A stretch of DNA of 64,000 nt from Bacteroidales bacterium (GCA_017395245.1 JAFPVR010000010.1:65942-129941); one strand, 5' to 3'; positions 17,355 to 27,263 are shown, numbered from the stretch's first letter. Notes: generated by a model from the letters alone, not told the origin. A program made the numbers and translations.

Positions 17355-18938
17355 ATGGAACCCGATCGCAAATACCCCGTTGGCATACAGACTTTCTCCC
17401 GCCTCCGCGAAGAAGGCTATCTTTATATTGACAAAACAGACTTGATTTGGAAGATGACCAAGGAGAGTCCCTTTGTCTTCCTCAGCCGCCCGCGCAGGTT
17501 CGGCAAATCACTGCTGACCACTACTTTGGATTCTTACTTCAAAGGGCAGAAAGAACTTTTCGAGGGGTTGAAAATCATGGATATGGAAACGGAGTGGGAA
17601 AAACATCCTGTTATATATCTTGACTTGAGTGTAGCCAAACGGCAGCCGTCAGCAGACGAGTTGCGGAAAACCTTGATGTGGCTGATGAATCCCTTGTGCA
17701 AGGTATATGGAAGCGATGACTTGGAAACCTCGCCGGGAAAGATGCTGAACGGATTGATACACAGAGCTTTTTCGCAAACAGGCAAGCAGGTCGCGGTTAT
17801 CATTGACGAGTATGACGCTCCTTTGCTTGATGTACTGCATGAGAACGAATCCCTTGATGCCTTCCGCAATGTGATGCAAGAGTTTTATGTTCAGTTGAAA
17901 GCCAACGAGGCAATGATCCGCTTCTGCTTCATCACCGGCATCACCAAATTCTCGCAGCTGAGCATCTTTTCCACCATCAACAACCTTACCAACATCTCGA
18001 TGGACTCCAAGTACGCCGCCATCTGCGGTATCACGGAGGAGGAGTTCGCCACCCAGATGGCTCCCGACATCGCCATGCTGGCCAGGGAGTACGAGTGCAC
18101 CCCCGAAGAGATGCATACCAAGTTGAAACGGCAATACGACGGTTACCGTTTTGCCAAGATGTCCCCCGATGTCTATAATCCCTTTAGTCTGTTGAAATGT
18201 TTCAATCAAAGGGATATCGCCAACTACTGGTTCGACAGTGGCACTCCAACCTTCCTCATACGTCAGATGCAGCATTTCCGCACCGACATCACGACCATGG
18301 ATCACATTGAAGCGTCAGCATCTTCTTTTGACAGACCCACGGAGGCCATGACTACCGCTCTCCCGCTGCTTTACCAAAGCGGCTATCTTACCATCAAGGA
18401 TTATGACCGGAGATCCAACTCCTACATTCTCGCCATTCCCAACAACGAAGTGCGTGTGGGACTTACCGACGGTCTGATTCCGAGCTATACGGGATTGGAT
18501 GGCAGTAGTGTTCAAGATGGATTCGCCCTCAAGTTTTGGAGGGCGTTAGACAGGAATGACATCCATGCTGCCATGCGTGAGATGAAAGCGTTTCTTGCGG
18601 GCATCCCATACGTGGAGGGTTTCAAGGAAAAACTGAAGGAGGTTAAAAACTACGAGGGTTTCTATGAATATACCTTCTGGCTGATATTCAACATGCTTAA
18701 CGTGTATGCCCGTACCCAAGTGAAGTGCGCAGGCGGCAGAATTGACTTTGTGGTCTGGATGCCTGACACCACCTACGTCTTCGAGCTGAAGGTGAACGGC
18801 ACAGCGCAGGAAGCCCTCGACCAGATCAACAGCAATGGGTATGCCTTGCCTTACGAGACCGAAGGCCGCGCTGTTGTTAAAGTCGGGGTGCAGTTCGACA
18901 GGGAAACGATGACGGTGGGGGAGTATTTGGTTGGTTAG
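17355..18938 (+). CDS. AAA-ATPase-like domain protein with C-terminal PD-(D/E)XK nuclease-like domain (PF09820/PF08011-type architecture)
   Basis: KYPVGIQTFSRLREEGYLYIDKT, SRPRRFGKSL (P-loop), VIIDEYDAPL, and C-terminal GRIDFVV...YVFELKV. Confidence 0.78.
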   Translation: MEPDRKYPVGIQTFSRLREEGYLYIDKTDLIWKMTKESPFVFLSRPRRFGKSLLTTTLDSYFKGQKELFEGLKIMDMETEWEKHPVIYLDLSVAKRQPSADELRKTLMWLMNPLCKVYGSDDLETSPGKMLNGLIHRAFSQTGKQVAVIIDEYDAPLLDVLHENESLDAFRNVMQEFYVQLKANEAMIRFCFITGITKFSQLSIFSTINNLTNISMDSKYAAICGITEEEFATQMAPDIAMLAREYECTPEEMHTKLKRQYDGYRFAKMSPDVYNPFSLLKCFNQRDIANYWFDSGTPTFLIRQMQHFRTDITTMDHIEASASSFDRPTEAMTTALPLLYQSGYLTIKDYDRRSNSYILAIPNNEVRVGLTDGLIPSYTGLDGSSVQDGFALKFWRALDRNDIHAAMREMKAFLAGIPYVEGFKEKLKEVKNYEGFYEYTFWLIFNMLNVYARTQVKCAGGRIDFVVWMPDTTYVFELKVNGTAQEALDQINSNGYALPYETEGRAVVKVGVQFDRETMTVGEYLVG

Positions 18939-19077
18939 GGCAACCCATAATAAACTTCAGCTGCCTGACGTTATCGCGGTATAAAAACCGCCATTATGTC
19001 CAAAACCACCTCTGTTTTTCTTGCTATGTGGACGAATACGACAAGCAACTGCAGGAAACCAAGGCATCTTTGTCTCT

Positions 19078-19281
19078 TCACCCGAACAAATCCCCCATCG
19101 TCACTTCACTGTTCACAATGCTGTGGTGGATGCCGTCGGCGATCCCGAATGTGGTGACAAATGTGTAAACAAGAGTCTTTGTTGTTTTAGTCTTCTCCTG
19201 GAATATGCCCATCCTGTCACGTAAGGCCGCTTGTTCCAACAACCTGATTTCCTGTTTTCGTCCGATAATTTTCGAGTGCAT
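19078..19281 (-). pseudogene. internally deleted AAA ATPase remnant (N-terminal 17 codons fused to a C-terminal tail)
   Basis: MHSKIIGRKQEIRLLEQ is identical to the start of 13679..15127. The tail LVYTFVTTFGIADGIHHSIVNSEVTMGDLF resembles the paralog C-termini IVPTMITTFGVKHNAYSGSIQQEVTLDDLF and IIPTFITAAGMQRNTYSEHISTQITIDDIF. Confidence 0.6.
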
Positions 19282-19496
19282 GACCGTACAGATTTTATTC
19301 GTTGCAAGAATACAATTTTTTTATTCGGTTGCCAAATCAATATAAAAAATCATCGATTTGACAGTCGAATGTGCGTTCGTTGACCAAATCGAATGTTCTG
19401 GCTCTGTTCTGGCCACTGTATGACGGTTTGCCGAGTATAGGTGGGATTTACTCCATCCGCCCTTGAAAAAGGTATTGCCTCGTTTTCGAAAAATTG

Positions 19497-19504
19497 TATC
19501 TTTG
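19497..19504 (+). promoter_or_regulatory. Bacteroidota-type -7 promoter box (TAnnTTTG)
   Basis: TATCTTTG, 28 nt upstream of the ATG at 19533. Confidence 0.5.
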
Positions 19505-19532
19505 CCGTTTCTTTATCACCAAACCTACGATT

Positions 19533-21869
19533 ATGGGAAAACTGTACGCAAGATTGTGGATATTGGCGGCGGTGCTGGGTGTGGGTGTCGCGCTCGCGGG
19601 CTGCAAACCGCGCGTTGTGGAGGCTGACTATCAGGTCGTTCCGCTGCCGAAAGAGATTACGCTGGGCAAACACGCGCCCTTCCAGCTCACCGAGAACACC
19701 GTCATCTTTCTCGTTGAAAAAGACTCCCTGCAGCGGGAGGCCGCGTTCCTCAACGAGTATCTCAACGACCTGCTGAAGATCCAGCTGAAGACCCGGCCGC
19801 TGGTGCAGTCCACGGCCGCGGGCATCTTCCTGATGAAGGACACGTCGGTGTGTAAGACCCCCGAATCGTACCAGATTGACATCTCCTCCGACAAGATTGT
19901 GGTCCGAGGGGCCGATGCGGCGGGTGTGTTTTACGCCATTCAGACGCTGCGCAAGAGTATCCCGGCGGGCGAGAAGGCCTCTTCCGTGAAATTCCCCGTC
20001 GGACGCATTATCGACTATCCGCAGTTCGCCTACCGCGGCATGCACCTCGATGTGGCCCGCCATTTCATCACCATGGACTCCTTGAAACGCTACCTCGACA
20101 TGATGGCGATGCACAATATCAACAAGTTCCATATCCATCTCACCGACGATCAGGGCTGGCGTATGGAGATCAAACGCCACCCCGAGCTGACCTATACGGG
20201 AGCTTGGCGCAGCGGTACCGTGCTCGGACGCAACACCAACAGATACGACACTGTCCGTCACGGCGGTTACTACACGCAGGCGGAACTCCGCGACCTGGTG
20301 GCATACGCCGCTGAACGTCATATCACCGTGATTCCCGAGATTGACCTGCCCGGCCATACACAGTCATTGCTCGCCGCATGTCCGTCGTACGGATGCACCG
20401 GCGGTCCCTACGAAGTGTGGAAACGCTGGGGCGTCTCCGATGAGGTGGTCTGCGCCGGCAACGAAGCCGCCATGGAACTTTTGGAGGACATCCTCAACGA
20501 GGTGATGGACGTTTTCCCGTCCGACATCATCCACCTCGGTGGCGACGAGTGCCCGAAGACCCGTTGGAAAGATTGCCCGAAATGCCAGGCCAAGATCCAG
20601 CAGCTCGGACTGCACGATGACGGCCGTTATACGGCGGAAGACTACCTGCAGAGCTATGTCATGAACCGCATGGAGCGGGTGGTGAAGGCGCGTGGCCGCC
20701 GTATCATCGGCTGGGACGAGATTTTGGAGGGCAATATCAGTCGCAGCGCGATGATTATGAGCTGGCGTGGCACCACCGGCGGCATCCAGGCTGCCCGCAA
20801 GGGCCACGATGTGGTGATGACCCCTGGCGACTACCTCTATTTCAGTCAGGGACAGTCGCTTACGCCCGAACTGGAACCTGTGGCTGCCGACGGTTACCTG
20901 CCTGTGGAGCGCGTCTATTCCTTCCAGCCGCTGGCCACGGAACTTACCGAGAACCAGCAGCGCCATATAATCGGGGTGCAGGCCAACATCTGGGGCGAGT
21001 ACGTACATAGCTTCAAAGATGTGGAGTACGATGCCTTGCCGCGTATGGCCGCCCTCGCCGAACTGCAATGGTGTGACCCGCAACAGCGCGATTATCAGGA
21101 TTTTGTGAAACGCTGCTTCCGCATGGCGAAGCTTTACGACCTCTATGATTACAACTATGCCCGCCACATTTTCGACTTGCAGGCTGAGGTGACGCCCGAC
21201 TACGAGAAGGGCTGCGTCAGAGTGACTCTCTCGAAGTTCGGCGACGGTGAGATTCGCTACACCCTGGATGGCGGAAACCCCAAACGCGGGGAACTTTATA
21301 CGGAACCTGTTGAGATTCGTGAGGATGCCGACTTCTGTGCCGTTCTCGTTCGTCCTGACGGCGCGACTTCTGAGTACAAGACGAAGTTCCACTTCACAAA
21401 GTCGTCGATGAAGTCCGTGACATTGACCGAGCCGCCGCACGAGAACTACGCTTACGCGGGTGCGCCCACGCTCACCGACGGGTTGCACGGCAGCGAGAAC
21501 TACCGCACCGGTCGCTGGATCGGCTTTTGGGGCACGCCCATGGAAGCGACTATCGACATGCAAAAGCCCACCGAGATGCGCAAGGTGGCCTTCAGCACCA
21601 TCCTCAATATCAACGACTGGATTTATAACCCGCAGAGTTTCACCGTGTTGGTCTCCGACGACGGCGAAGAATTCCGTGAGGTGGCCCACGCCGACTATGC
21701 ATTGGCGGAGTGGGGGAGCGACAGTGGTATCAAACGCTACGAACTTACCTTTGAGCCGTTGAAAGCCAGATACTTACGGGTGCGTGTTACGGGTCATCAA
21801 CTGCCCGAGGGACACACTGGCTTCGGCCACCCGGCATGGCTCTTCGTGGACGAAATCGAGGTAGAGTAA
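19533..21869 (+). CDS. beta-N-acetylhexosaminidase (GH20) lipoprotein with C-terminal discoidin-like domain
   Basis: RGMHLDVARHF, HIHLTDDQGWR, IPEIDLPGH and HLGGDE. Signal peptide plus lipobox LAGC. Start moved to MGKLYARLW. Confidence 0.9.
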   Translation: MGKLYARLWILAAVLGVGVALAGCKPRVVEADYQVVPLPKEITLGKHAPFQLTENTVIFLVEKDSLQREAAFLNEYLNDLLKIQLKTRPLVQSTAAGIFLMKDTSVCKTPESYQIDISSDKIVVRGADAAGVFYAIQTLRKSIPAGEKASSVKFPVGRIIDYPQFAYRGMHLDVARHFITMDSLKRYLDMMAMHNINKFHIHLTDDQGWRMEIKRHPELTYTGAWRSGTVLGRNTNRYDTVRHGGYYTQAELRDLVAYAAERHITVIPEIDLPGHTQSLLAACPSYGCTGGPYEVWKRWGVSDEVVCAGNEAAMELLEDILNEVMDVFPSDIIHLGGDECPKTRWKDCPKCQAKIQQLGLHDDGRYTAEDYLQSYVMNRMERVVKARGRRIIGWDEILEGNISRSAMIMSWRGTTGGIQAARKGHDVVMTPGDYLYFSQGQSLTPELEPVAADGYLPVERVYSFQPLATELTENQQRHIIGVQANIWGEYVHSFKDVEYDALPRMAALAELQWCDPQQRDYQDFVKRCFRMAKLYDLYDYNYARHIFDLQAEVTPDYEKGCVRVTLSKFGDGEIRYTLDGGNPKRGELYTEPVEIREDADFCAVLVRPDGATSEYKTKFHFTKSSMKSVTLTEPPHENYAYAGAPTLTDGLHGSENYRTGRWIGFWGTPMEATIDMQKPTEMRKVAFSTILNINDWIYNPQSFTVLVSDDGEEFREVAHADYALAEWGSDSGIKRYELTFEPLKARYLRVRVTGHQLPEGHTGFGHPAWLFVDEIEVE

Positions 21870-21925
21870 GATTTTTTGCAACGTTTTGGGGTTGATTTCG
21901 TTAATGGTGACAATAATGGTATGTT

Positions 21926-24271
21926 ATGAAACGATTCTTCCTATCCATAATCAGTATAGCAACGGTGATGTTCGTCGCCGCGCAAGGTAACAACTTGACG
22001 GTCTCTTCTTTGCAGGGTACGTCTGTGGGAGCCATCTTGCAGGACCATCTGGCGGGCGACGGTGTGCTCTTGTCGGGTTGCCCATATCCGGATGTCAACG
22101 CCATGATGCAGCCGGCCAAATTCAACAACCAGACGGGTAACGTGAGTTCTCCGCAAATCGGTACGTTCAACCGCAACGGGTTCACCAACTTCCCGATTTC
22201 CACAGGACTGGTGATGACTACTGGAAACGTCTCCGTGGCGGCCGGTCCGAACAACTCCACCAGTGCATCCAGCCAGGTGTCAACGGGCTATACGGAGAGT
22301 GCCCTCAGTCCGTACACCACCAACACGGTCAACAATTCCGCTTCGTTGGAGTTCGACTTCATTGCCATGGCCGACACGTTCTGCTTCAACTATATTTTCG
22401 CCTCGGAGGAATATTGCGAGTTTGTGAACACCGGTTACAACGATGTGTTCGCCTTTTTGTTGACGGGCATTGACCCTGTGACCTATACGAACACCACGCG
22501 AAACGTGGCTGTTGTGCCGGGTTCCATCACCGCATCCAATCCCAATGGCACGCCGGTGGCTATCAACAATGTGAACCACGGGAATCACTCCGGCAGCAGC
22601 GGTACGGGCACCAGCCCTTCCAATTCGAGCTACTTTATTTGTAATGGCGGCAATTCCACTGGGGTGCAGTATGATGGCTACACCACAAAGTTGGCGGCGG
22701 AGGGCACCATCTTCAGTTGCAATACCTACCACATGAAGTTAGCGATTGCCAATGTGGGCGACAACGGTTATGATTCGGGTGTCTTCTTGGAGGAGGGCAG
22801 TTTCTACAGCCCGCACGTCCATGTGGAAGAGGCTTGGGAAACTGCGGAGGGCGGCGACACGCTTATTCAGAACTGCCGCAATTTGGACCTTACCTTCACC
22901 ATTGAACATCCGTTCATCACGGCCTACACGTCCATCATTATCCAAACCGGTGGCGATGCAATATTGGGGGTGGACTACTCCCTGACCACCGACAATGGGA
23001 TGGCGTTGACGTTGGATAACAACGAGTTCTATTACCAGCCGGGCGACACGATGGAACTGGTGCACGTGACCATGCTCCCCACGGTGACATTCTCCAATCC
23101 CGACCAAGTGAAAACGGCTGTGCTGTATGTGGTCACGCAGGGCTGTAACGGATTTCCCGAACTTATGGATATTTTCCAGAAACGCGATACAATCATTATC
23201 CACCTTCAGGCCAATGACAGCGTGCGGTTGCGCGACACGACGTTCTCCGCTTGCGACACACTCCATTATATGGAGGTGGAGCAGGTGCGTGGCTCGAATC
23301 AACTCCACTACACGTGGCTCACGCTTGACGGCGACACGCTGCCCGGTGTGCTCCATCCTGACAGCCTTGCCACGGAGAGCGTCATTACCCAAAGCGGAAT
23401 CTTCAAGGTGGCGGCCAGCGACCGATGGAATTGCATGACCGATACCGCCACTGTGGAAGTGACCGTCGTGCCAAGACCTGAAAATATCAATATCACCTAT
23501 ACACCGGATCACGGCTGCCAGCCTTTGCCGGTGACTTGGCATACAGATTACAACCGCAGCGATGCCGCGTTGCATTGGCGCATCTACAATGACAGTTCCT
23601 ATACGTACGTTGACTCTGTGCCCACACTGCACACCTCGCTGCCCGACGAAGGCTATTACTCTGCCCGACTTGTGGTCACGAGCGCTCCCGGCTGTAAAGA
23701 CTCGCTGACGTTGGAGAACGTTGTGCATGTCTCCGGCTTCCCGCATGCCGACTTCATGTTCAGTCCGTCGGAGCCCGAGAACGGCGAGGAGGTCTTCTTC
23801 TACGACCTCTCCACGGGCAACAACATCACCAACTATGCATGGAGTTTCGGCGACGGCCATTCCTCTTACCTGCAGGAACCTTCGCACACCTACCACCTGC
23901 AGGAGAGCGACTTGATGACGGTTCACTTCACGGTCACCAATAACGACGGTTGCAGTGACGACACTATCCAGATTATACCTGTGGAGGACAATTTCGCCTT
24001 CTTTGTGCCGAACGCCTTCACCCCCAACACCGATGGAATGAACGAGGTGTTCCTGCCCAAGGTCCACGACGTGGTGAACTACGAGTTTGTTATCTATGCC
24101 CGCGATGGCGAGCTGATTTTCTACACCAACAATCCCGAACAAGGCTGGGACGGCACGCTCGACGGCAAGCCCGCGCCACAGGGAGTCTATGTTTGGAAAA
24201 TCAACTACGCCCGCATCGGCACCCCCGACGAGAAGATGGTGCGCAACGGCACGGTGACGCTGGTGCGATAG
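21926..24271 (+). CDS. secreted choice-of-anchor-L domain protein with PKD-like repeats and a T9SS type-B (gliding-motility-associated) C-terminal sorting domain
   Basis: LEFDFIAMADTFCFNYIFASEEYCEFVNTGYNDVFAFLL, KLAIANVGDNGYDSGVFLEEGSF, and C-terminal FVPNAFTPNTDGMNEVF...GVYVWKI. Confidence 0.8.
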   Translation: MKRFFLSIISIATVMFVAAQGNNLTVSSLQGTSVGAILQDHLAGDGVLLSGCPYPDVNAMMQPAKFNNQTGNVSSPQIGTFNRNGFTNFPISTGLVMTTGNVSVAAGPNNSTSASSQVSTGYTESALSPYTTNTVNNSASLEFDFIAMADTFCFNYIFASEEYCEFVNTGYNDVFAFLLTGIDPVTYTNTTRNVAVVPGSITASNPNGTPVAINNVNHGNHSGSSGTGTSPSNSSYFICNGGNSTGVQYDGYTTKLAAEGTIFSCNTYHMKLAIANVGDNGYDSGVFLEEGSFYSPHVHVEEAWETAEGGDTLIQNCRNLDLTFTIEHPFITAYTSIIIQTGGDAILGVDYSLTTDNGMALTLDNNEFYYQPGDTMELVHVTMLPTVTFSNPDQVKTAVLYVVTQGCNGFPELMDIFQKRDTIIIHLQANDSVRLRDTTFSACDTLHYMEVEQVRGSNQLHYTWLTLDGDTLPGVLHPDSLATESVITQSGIFKVAASDRWNCMTDTATVEVTVVPRPENINITYTPDHGCQPLPVTWHTDYNRSDAALHWRIYNDSSYTYVDSVPTLHTSLPDEGYYSARLVVTSAPGCKDSLTLENVVHVSGFPHADFMFSPSEPENGEEVFFYDLSTGNNITNYAWSFGDGHSSYLQEPSHTYHLQESDLMTVHFTVTNNDGCSDDTIQIIPVEDNFAFFVPNAFTPNTDGMNEVFLPKVHDVVNYEFVIYARDGELIFYTNNPEQGWDGTLDGKPAPQGVYVWKINYARIGTPDEKMVRNGTVTLVR

Positions 24272-24344
24272 ATTTGTGACTTGTGATTTGTGACTTGTGA
24301 CTTGTGACTTGAAACCTGAAACCTGAAACTTGAGACTTGAAACG
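24272..24344. repeat. heptamer microsatellite (TGACTTG/AAACCTG family, ~10 units)
   Basis: Starts at the base after the stop codon: ATTTG TGACTTG TGATTTG TGACTTG TGACTTG TGACTTG AAACCTG AAACCTG AAACTTG AGACTTG. Confidence 0.9.
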
Positions 24345-24347
24345 TAT

Positions 24348-24376
24348 GGGGAGCTCGGAAGGGTTCCCCTTTTTTT
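24348..24376 (+). terminator. intrinsic terminator candidate
   Basis: GGGGAGC ... GTTCCCC stem (one G-U pair) followed by TTTTTTT. Confidence 0.55.
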
Positions 24377-24377
24377 G

Positions 24378-24385
24378 TATTTTTG
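24378..24385 (+). promoter_or_regulatory. Bacteroidota-type -7 promoter box (TAnnTTTG)
   Basis: TATTTTTG, 19 nt upstream of the ATG at 24405. Confidence 0.5.
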
Positions 24386-24404
24386 CCGCTGATTATTTGT
24401 GATT

Positions 24405-27194
24405 ATGAGAAGATTGTTCCTTTTTGTCATCATTGTTACGGCAATTTCTGTCGGCAGCCTTTTCGGGCAGGTTTCCATCGTTCACCCCACCGTTGAGTAT
24501 CAGGATGGTTCGCAGCCGTTGGCCACGAATGTGCCGCGGTTCAGCTGGCGGTACAGTAGTGACAAATTGAAGGATGTGGAGCAAGTCACTTATCGCATCA
24601 TCGTGGCTTCCACGGAAGAAAACGCACGTAACGACATTGGCGATCTTTGGGATTCCAAGACCGTCGCCTCAAACCAGATGCTACTTATCCCCTACGAAGG
24701 GAAACCGCTTCACAGCCGCGACAAGGCCTATTGGAAAGTCATCACCTCGGTGGCTTATCCGGGCGAATACCAGAATCAGGGTTACGGAACCCTAGCCGTC
24801 ATTAAATGGACTGTAAGCGACATCAATTATTTCGAAGTCAGCCTTTTAGACAGTGCCGATTGGAAAGCCAAATGGATTGGCGGCGAGTTCTACAACGACG
24901 ACATTCACGGGAAGACCCGCATCGCGTCGCGCTATTTGCGCAAGGAGTTTTCGCTTAGCAAAAACATTCGAGAAGCGAGGCTGTATGTCAGCGGATTAGG
25001 ACAATATAGTGCGTACCTTAACGGTCAGGAGGTGGCGCCCGAGGAGATTCTCAAGCCCGCCCTTTCCGACTACACCAAGCGGGTCTATTTCAACGCCTAC
25101 GACGTGACCGACTTCCTGAAAAAAGGCAGCAACGCCGTCGGGGTCACGCTTGCGGGCGGACGCTATACCACCATCCGATACGACGAGAAGGAAATGGAAT
25201 ACGGCGGGCTGACCCATGCCAAGCACTTTGGCACCCCGCGACTGCTGCTGCAGTTGGAAGTGACCTATACAGACGGAACTAAAGAACTGATTTTCAGCGA
25301 TAAAAGTTGGAAGATTACCGACTGCGGTCCCATCCGAAAGTCCAACGAATTCGACGGGGAAACCTACGACGAACGGTACAATCTCGGTGCTTGGACTTCT
25401 TCCGGCTACAACGACAAATCTTGGTATCCCGCCCGGGTGGTGGAGGCTCCGGGAGGCAAGGTCGTGCCGCAACCCAACCCCAATATCAAGGTACAGGACA
25501 CGCTGCAGCCGGTGGCGATGTTCCGCAAAGGCGATGCGTGGATTCTGGATATGGGGCAGAATATGGTGGGTTACCTCAATATGAAGCTGAATGCGTCTCG
25601 CATTCAGGATGGGGACACGATCACTTTGCGTTTCGCCGAACTGCTTACCCCCGACAGTATGCTTTACACCGCCAATCTGCGCAGCGCGGAAGCCACCGAC
25701 CGATATATCGTTCATCGCAATTCCTCCCCTTTAGGGGAGGTGTCACGAAGTGACGGAGGAGTTTGTGACGGAGGGGTTCAATGGCACCCGATGTTCACTT
25801 ACCACGGGTTCCGCTACGTGGAGATTTCCGGCTTGCGCGAGGAACCGAAACTCGAAGAATTCCAAGGTCTTGTGTTCTACGATGAGATGGTCACCACGGG
25901 CAGCTTCGAGTGTTCCAACGAGATTATGAACGCCGTCTATCGCAATGCCTACTGGGGTATTCGGGGCAACTACCGCTCGATGCCCACCGACTGTCCGCAG
26001 CGCGACGAGCGCATGGGCTGGACCGGCGACCGCACCACGGGTAACTATGGCGAGTCGTACATTTTTGACAATTACCGGCTTTACAGCAAGTGGCTCTACG
26101 ATATTGAAGATACGGAGGAACCCACTGGCTCGCTTTCGGATGTCTGCCCGAACTATTGGCGCCGCATCACCGACAATATGACTTGGCCGGGCGCGTTCAT
26201 CACCGTGGCCGACATGCTTTACACCCGCTACGGCGACCTTGAAGCTATCCGCGAGCACTATCCCGCGATGAAGCGGTGGATGGCGCACATGCGAGACAAA
26301 TACGGCGAGGACGGCATCATCACCCGCGACTGCTACGGCGACTGGTGCGTGCCGCCGGAGAGTCCGGAACTGATTCATACCAAGGACCCCTCGCGCATCA
26401 CCGAGGCGGGTGCCATCTCCACCCCGTTCTACTGCCATCTTGCTACTCTGATGGCCAAATTCGCTCGCCTGTTAGACCTGCCGGATGACGAGGAACGTTT
26501 TCTGTACGAGGCCAACGTCTCCGCCGCCGCCTACAATGAGATGTACCTCGACAAGGGCAACGGCCGCTACGAAAACGGCAGTGTTACCGCCAATATCCTG
26601 CCGTTGGCGTTCGGGATGGTGCCGGAACAGTTGGAGGATCTTGTTTTTGACAATATCGTGGCGAAGACCGAGAACGAGTTCGGCGGGCACGTTTCCACGG
26701 GTGTGGTGGGCATCCAGCAGCTCATGCGCACGCTCACGGACCATGGACGCGGCGACCTCGCGCTGAAAATCGCCACCAACGACACTTACCCGAGTTGGGG
26801 CTACATGGTTCGCAATGGGGCCACCACCATTTGGGAACTTTGGAACGGCAATACCGCCGACCCGGCGATGAATTCCGGTAACCACGTCATGCTCCTTGGC
26901 GACCTGATTCTCTGGGAGTATGAGTATCTCGGCGGCATCCGAGCCCTCAAACCTGGATACAGCCGAATCCAGCTGAAACCGACCATCATTCCCGGTTTGG
27001 ATTACGTGAAATGCAGTTACGAGTCCGTTTCGGGGCGCATTGAGAGCTCTTGGAGTGTATATAAAGGCCACTATGAGTGGAATGTTACTATCCCCGCGAA
27101 CACTACGGCGGAAGTTTGGATTCCGACGAGCTCCGGCTACCTCAAACAGACTGTTGGCAGCGGATTCCATAGTTTCGCGTTCTGGTTGCAATAG
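24405..27194 (+). CDS. alpha-L-rhamnosidase (GH78)
   Basis: PTDCPQRDERMGWTGD, FTYHGFRYVEI, GQYSAYLNGQEV. Signal peptide. The listed ORF starts at a GTG; the ATG at 24405 was used. Confidence 0.9.
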   Translation: MRRLFLFVIIVTAISVGSLFGQVSIVHPTVEYQDGSQPLATNVPRFSWRYSSDKLKDVEQVTYRIIVASTEENARNDIGDLWDSKTVASNQMLLIPYEGKPLHSRDKAYWKVITSVAYPGEYQNQGYGTLAVIKWTVSDINYFEVSLLDSADWKAKWIGGEFYNDDIHGKTRIASRYLRKEFSLSKNIREARLYVSGLGQYSAYLNGQEVAPEEILKPALSDYTKRVYFNAYDVTDFLKKGSNAVGVTLAGGRYTTIRYDEKEMEYGGLTHAKHFGTPRLLLQLEVTYTDGTKELIFSDKSWKITDCGPIRKSNEFDGETYDERYNLGAWTSSGYNDKSWYPARVVEAPGGKVVPQPNPNIKVQDTLQPVAMFRKGDAWILDMGQNMVGYLNMKLNASRIQDGDTITLRFAELLTPDSMLYTANLRSAEATDRYIVHRNSSPLGEVSRSDGGVCDGGVQWHPMFTYHGFRYVEISGLREEPKLEEFQGLVFYDEMVTTGSFECSNEIMNAVYRNAYWGIRGNYRSMPTDCPQRDERMGWTGDRTTGNYGESYIFDNYRLYSKWLYDIEDTEEPTGSLSDVCPNYWRRITDNMTWPGAFITVADMLYTRYGDLEAIREHYPAMKRWMAHMRDKYGEDGIITRDCYGDWCVPPESPELIHTKDPSRITEAGAISTPFYCHLATLMAKFARLLDLPDDEERFLYEANVSAAAYNEMYLDKGNGRYENGSVTANILPLAFGMVPEQLEDLVFDNIVAKTENEFGGHVSTGVVGIQQLMRTLTDHGRGDLALKIATNDTYPSWGYMVRNGATTIWELWNGNTADPAMNSGNHVMLLGDLILWEYEYLGGIRALKPGYSRIQLKPTIIPGLDYVKCSYESVSGRIESSWSVYKGHYEWNVTIPANTTAEVWIPTSSGYLKQTVGSGFHSFAFWLQ

Positions 27195-27255
27195 TGCTTC
27201 ATTTCCCTATTCGCTTATCTGCCTAAAAAATCACCAAACATATCCAAAAAAATAC

Positions 27256-27263
27256 TACTTTTG
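27256..27263 (+). promoter_or_regulatory. Bacteroidota-type -7 promoter box (TAnnTTTG)
   Basis: TACTTTTG, 47 nt upstream of the rnfD ATG. Confidence 0.5.

Noticed and set aside
19350-21689. Long minus-strand ORFs (19350..20357 and 20364..21689) opposite the GH20 gene.
   Set aside because: The plus strand encodes a full GH20 enzyme with all catalytic motifs. The antisense ORFs are Arg/Gly/His-rich shadow frames, typical of GC-rich coding DNA.
21871-21880. A -7 promoter box upstream of the T9SS protein gene (ATTTTTTGCA).
   Set aside because: It lacks the TA of TAnnTTTG, so it was not listed as a promoter.
22739-24478. A 579-aa minus-strand ORF opposite the T9SS protein gene. Similar shadow ORFs lie at 25743..26438, 26472..27191, 30447..31562, 51958..52779, 53757..54542, 54570..55487 and 59983..61746.
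   Set aside because: Each lies antisense to a gene with a recognisable domain structure. Their composition is low-complexity (R/V/G/H-rich), and some run through heptamer arrays.
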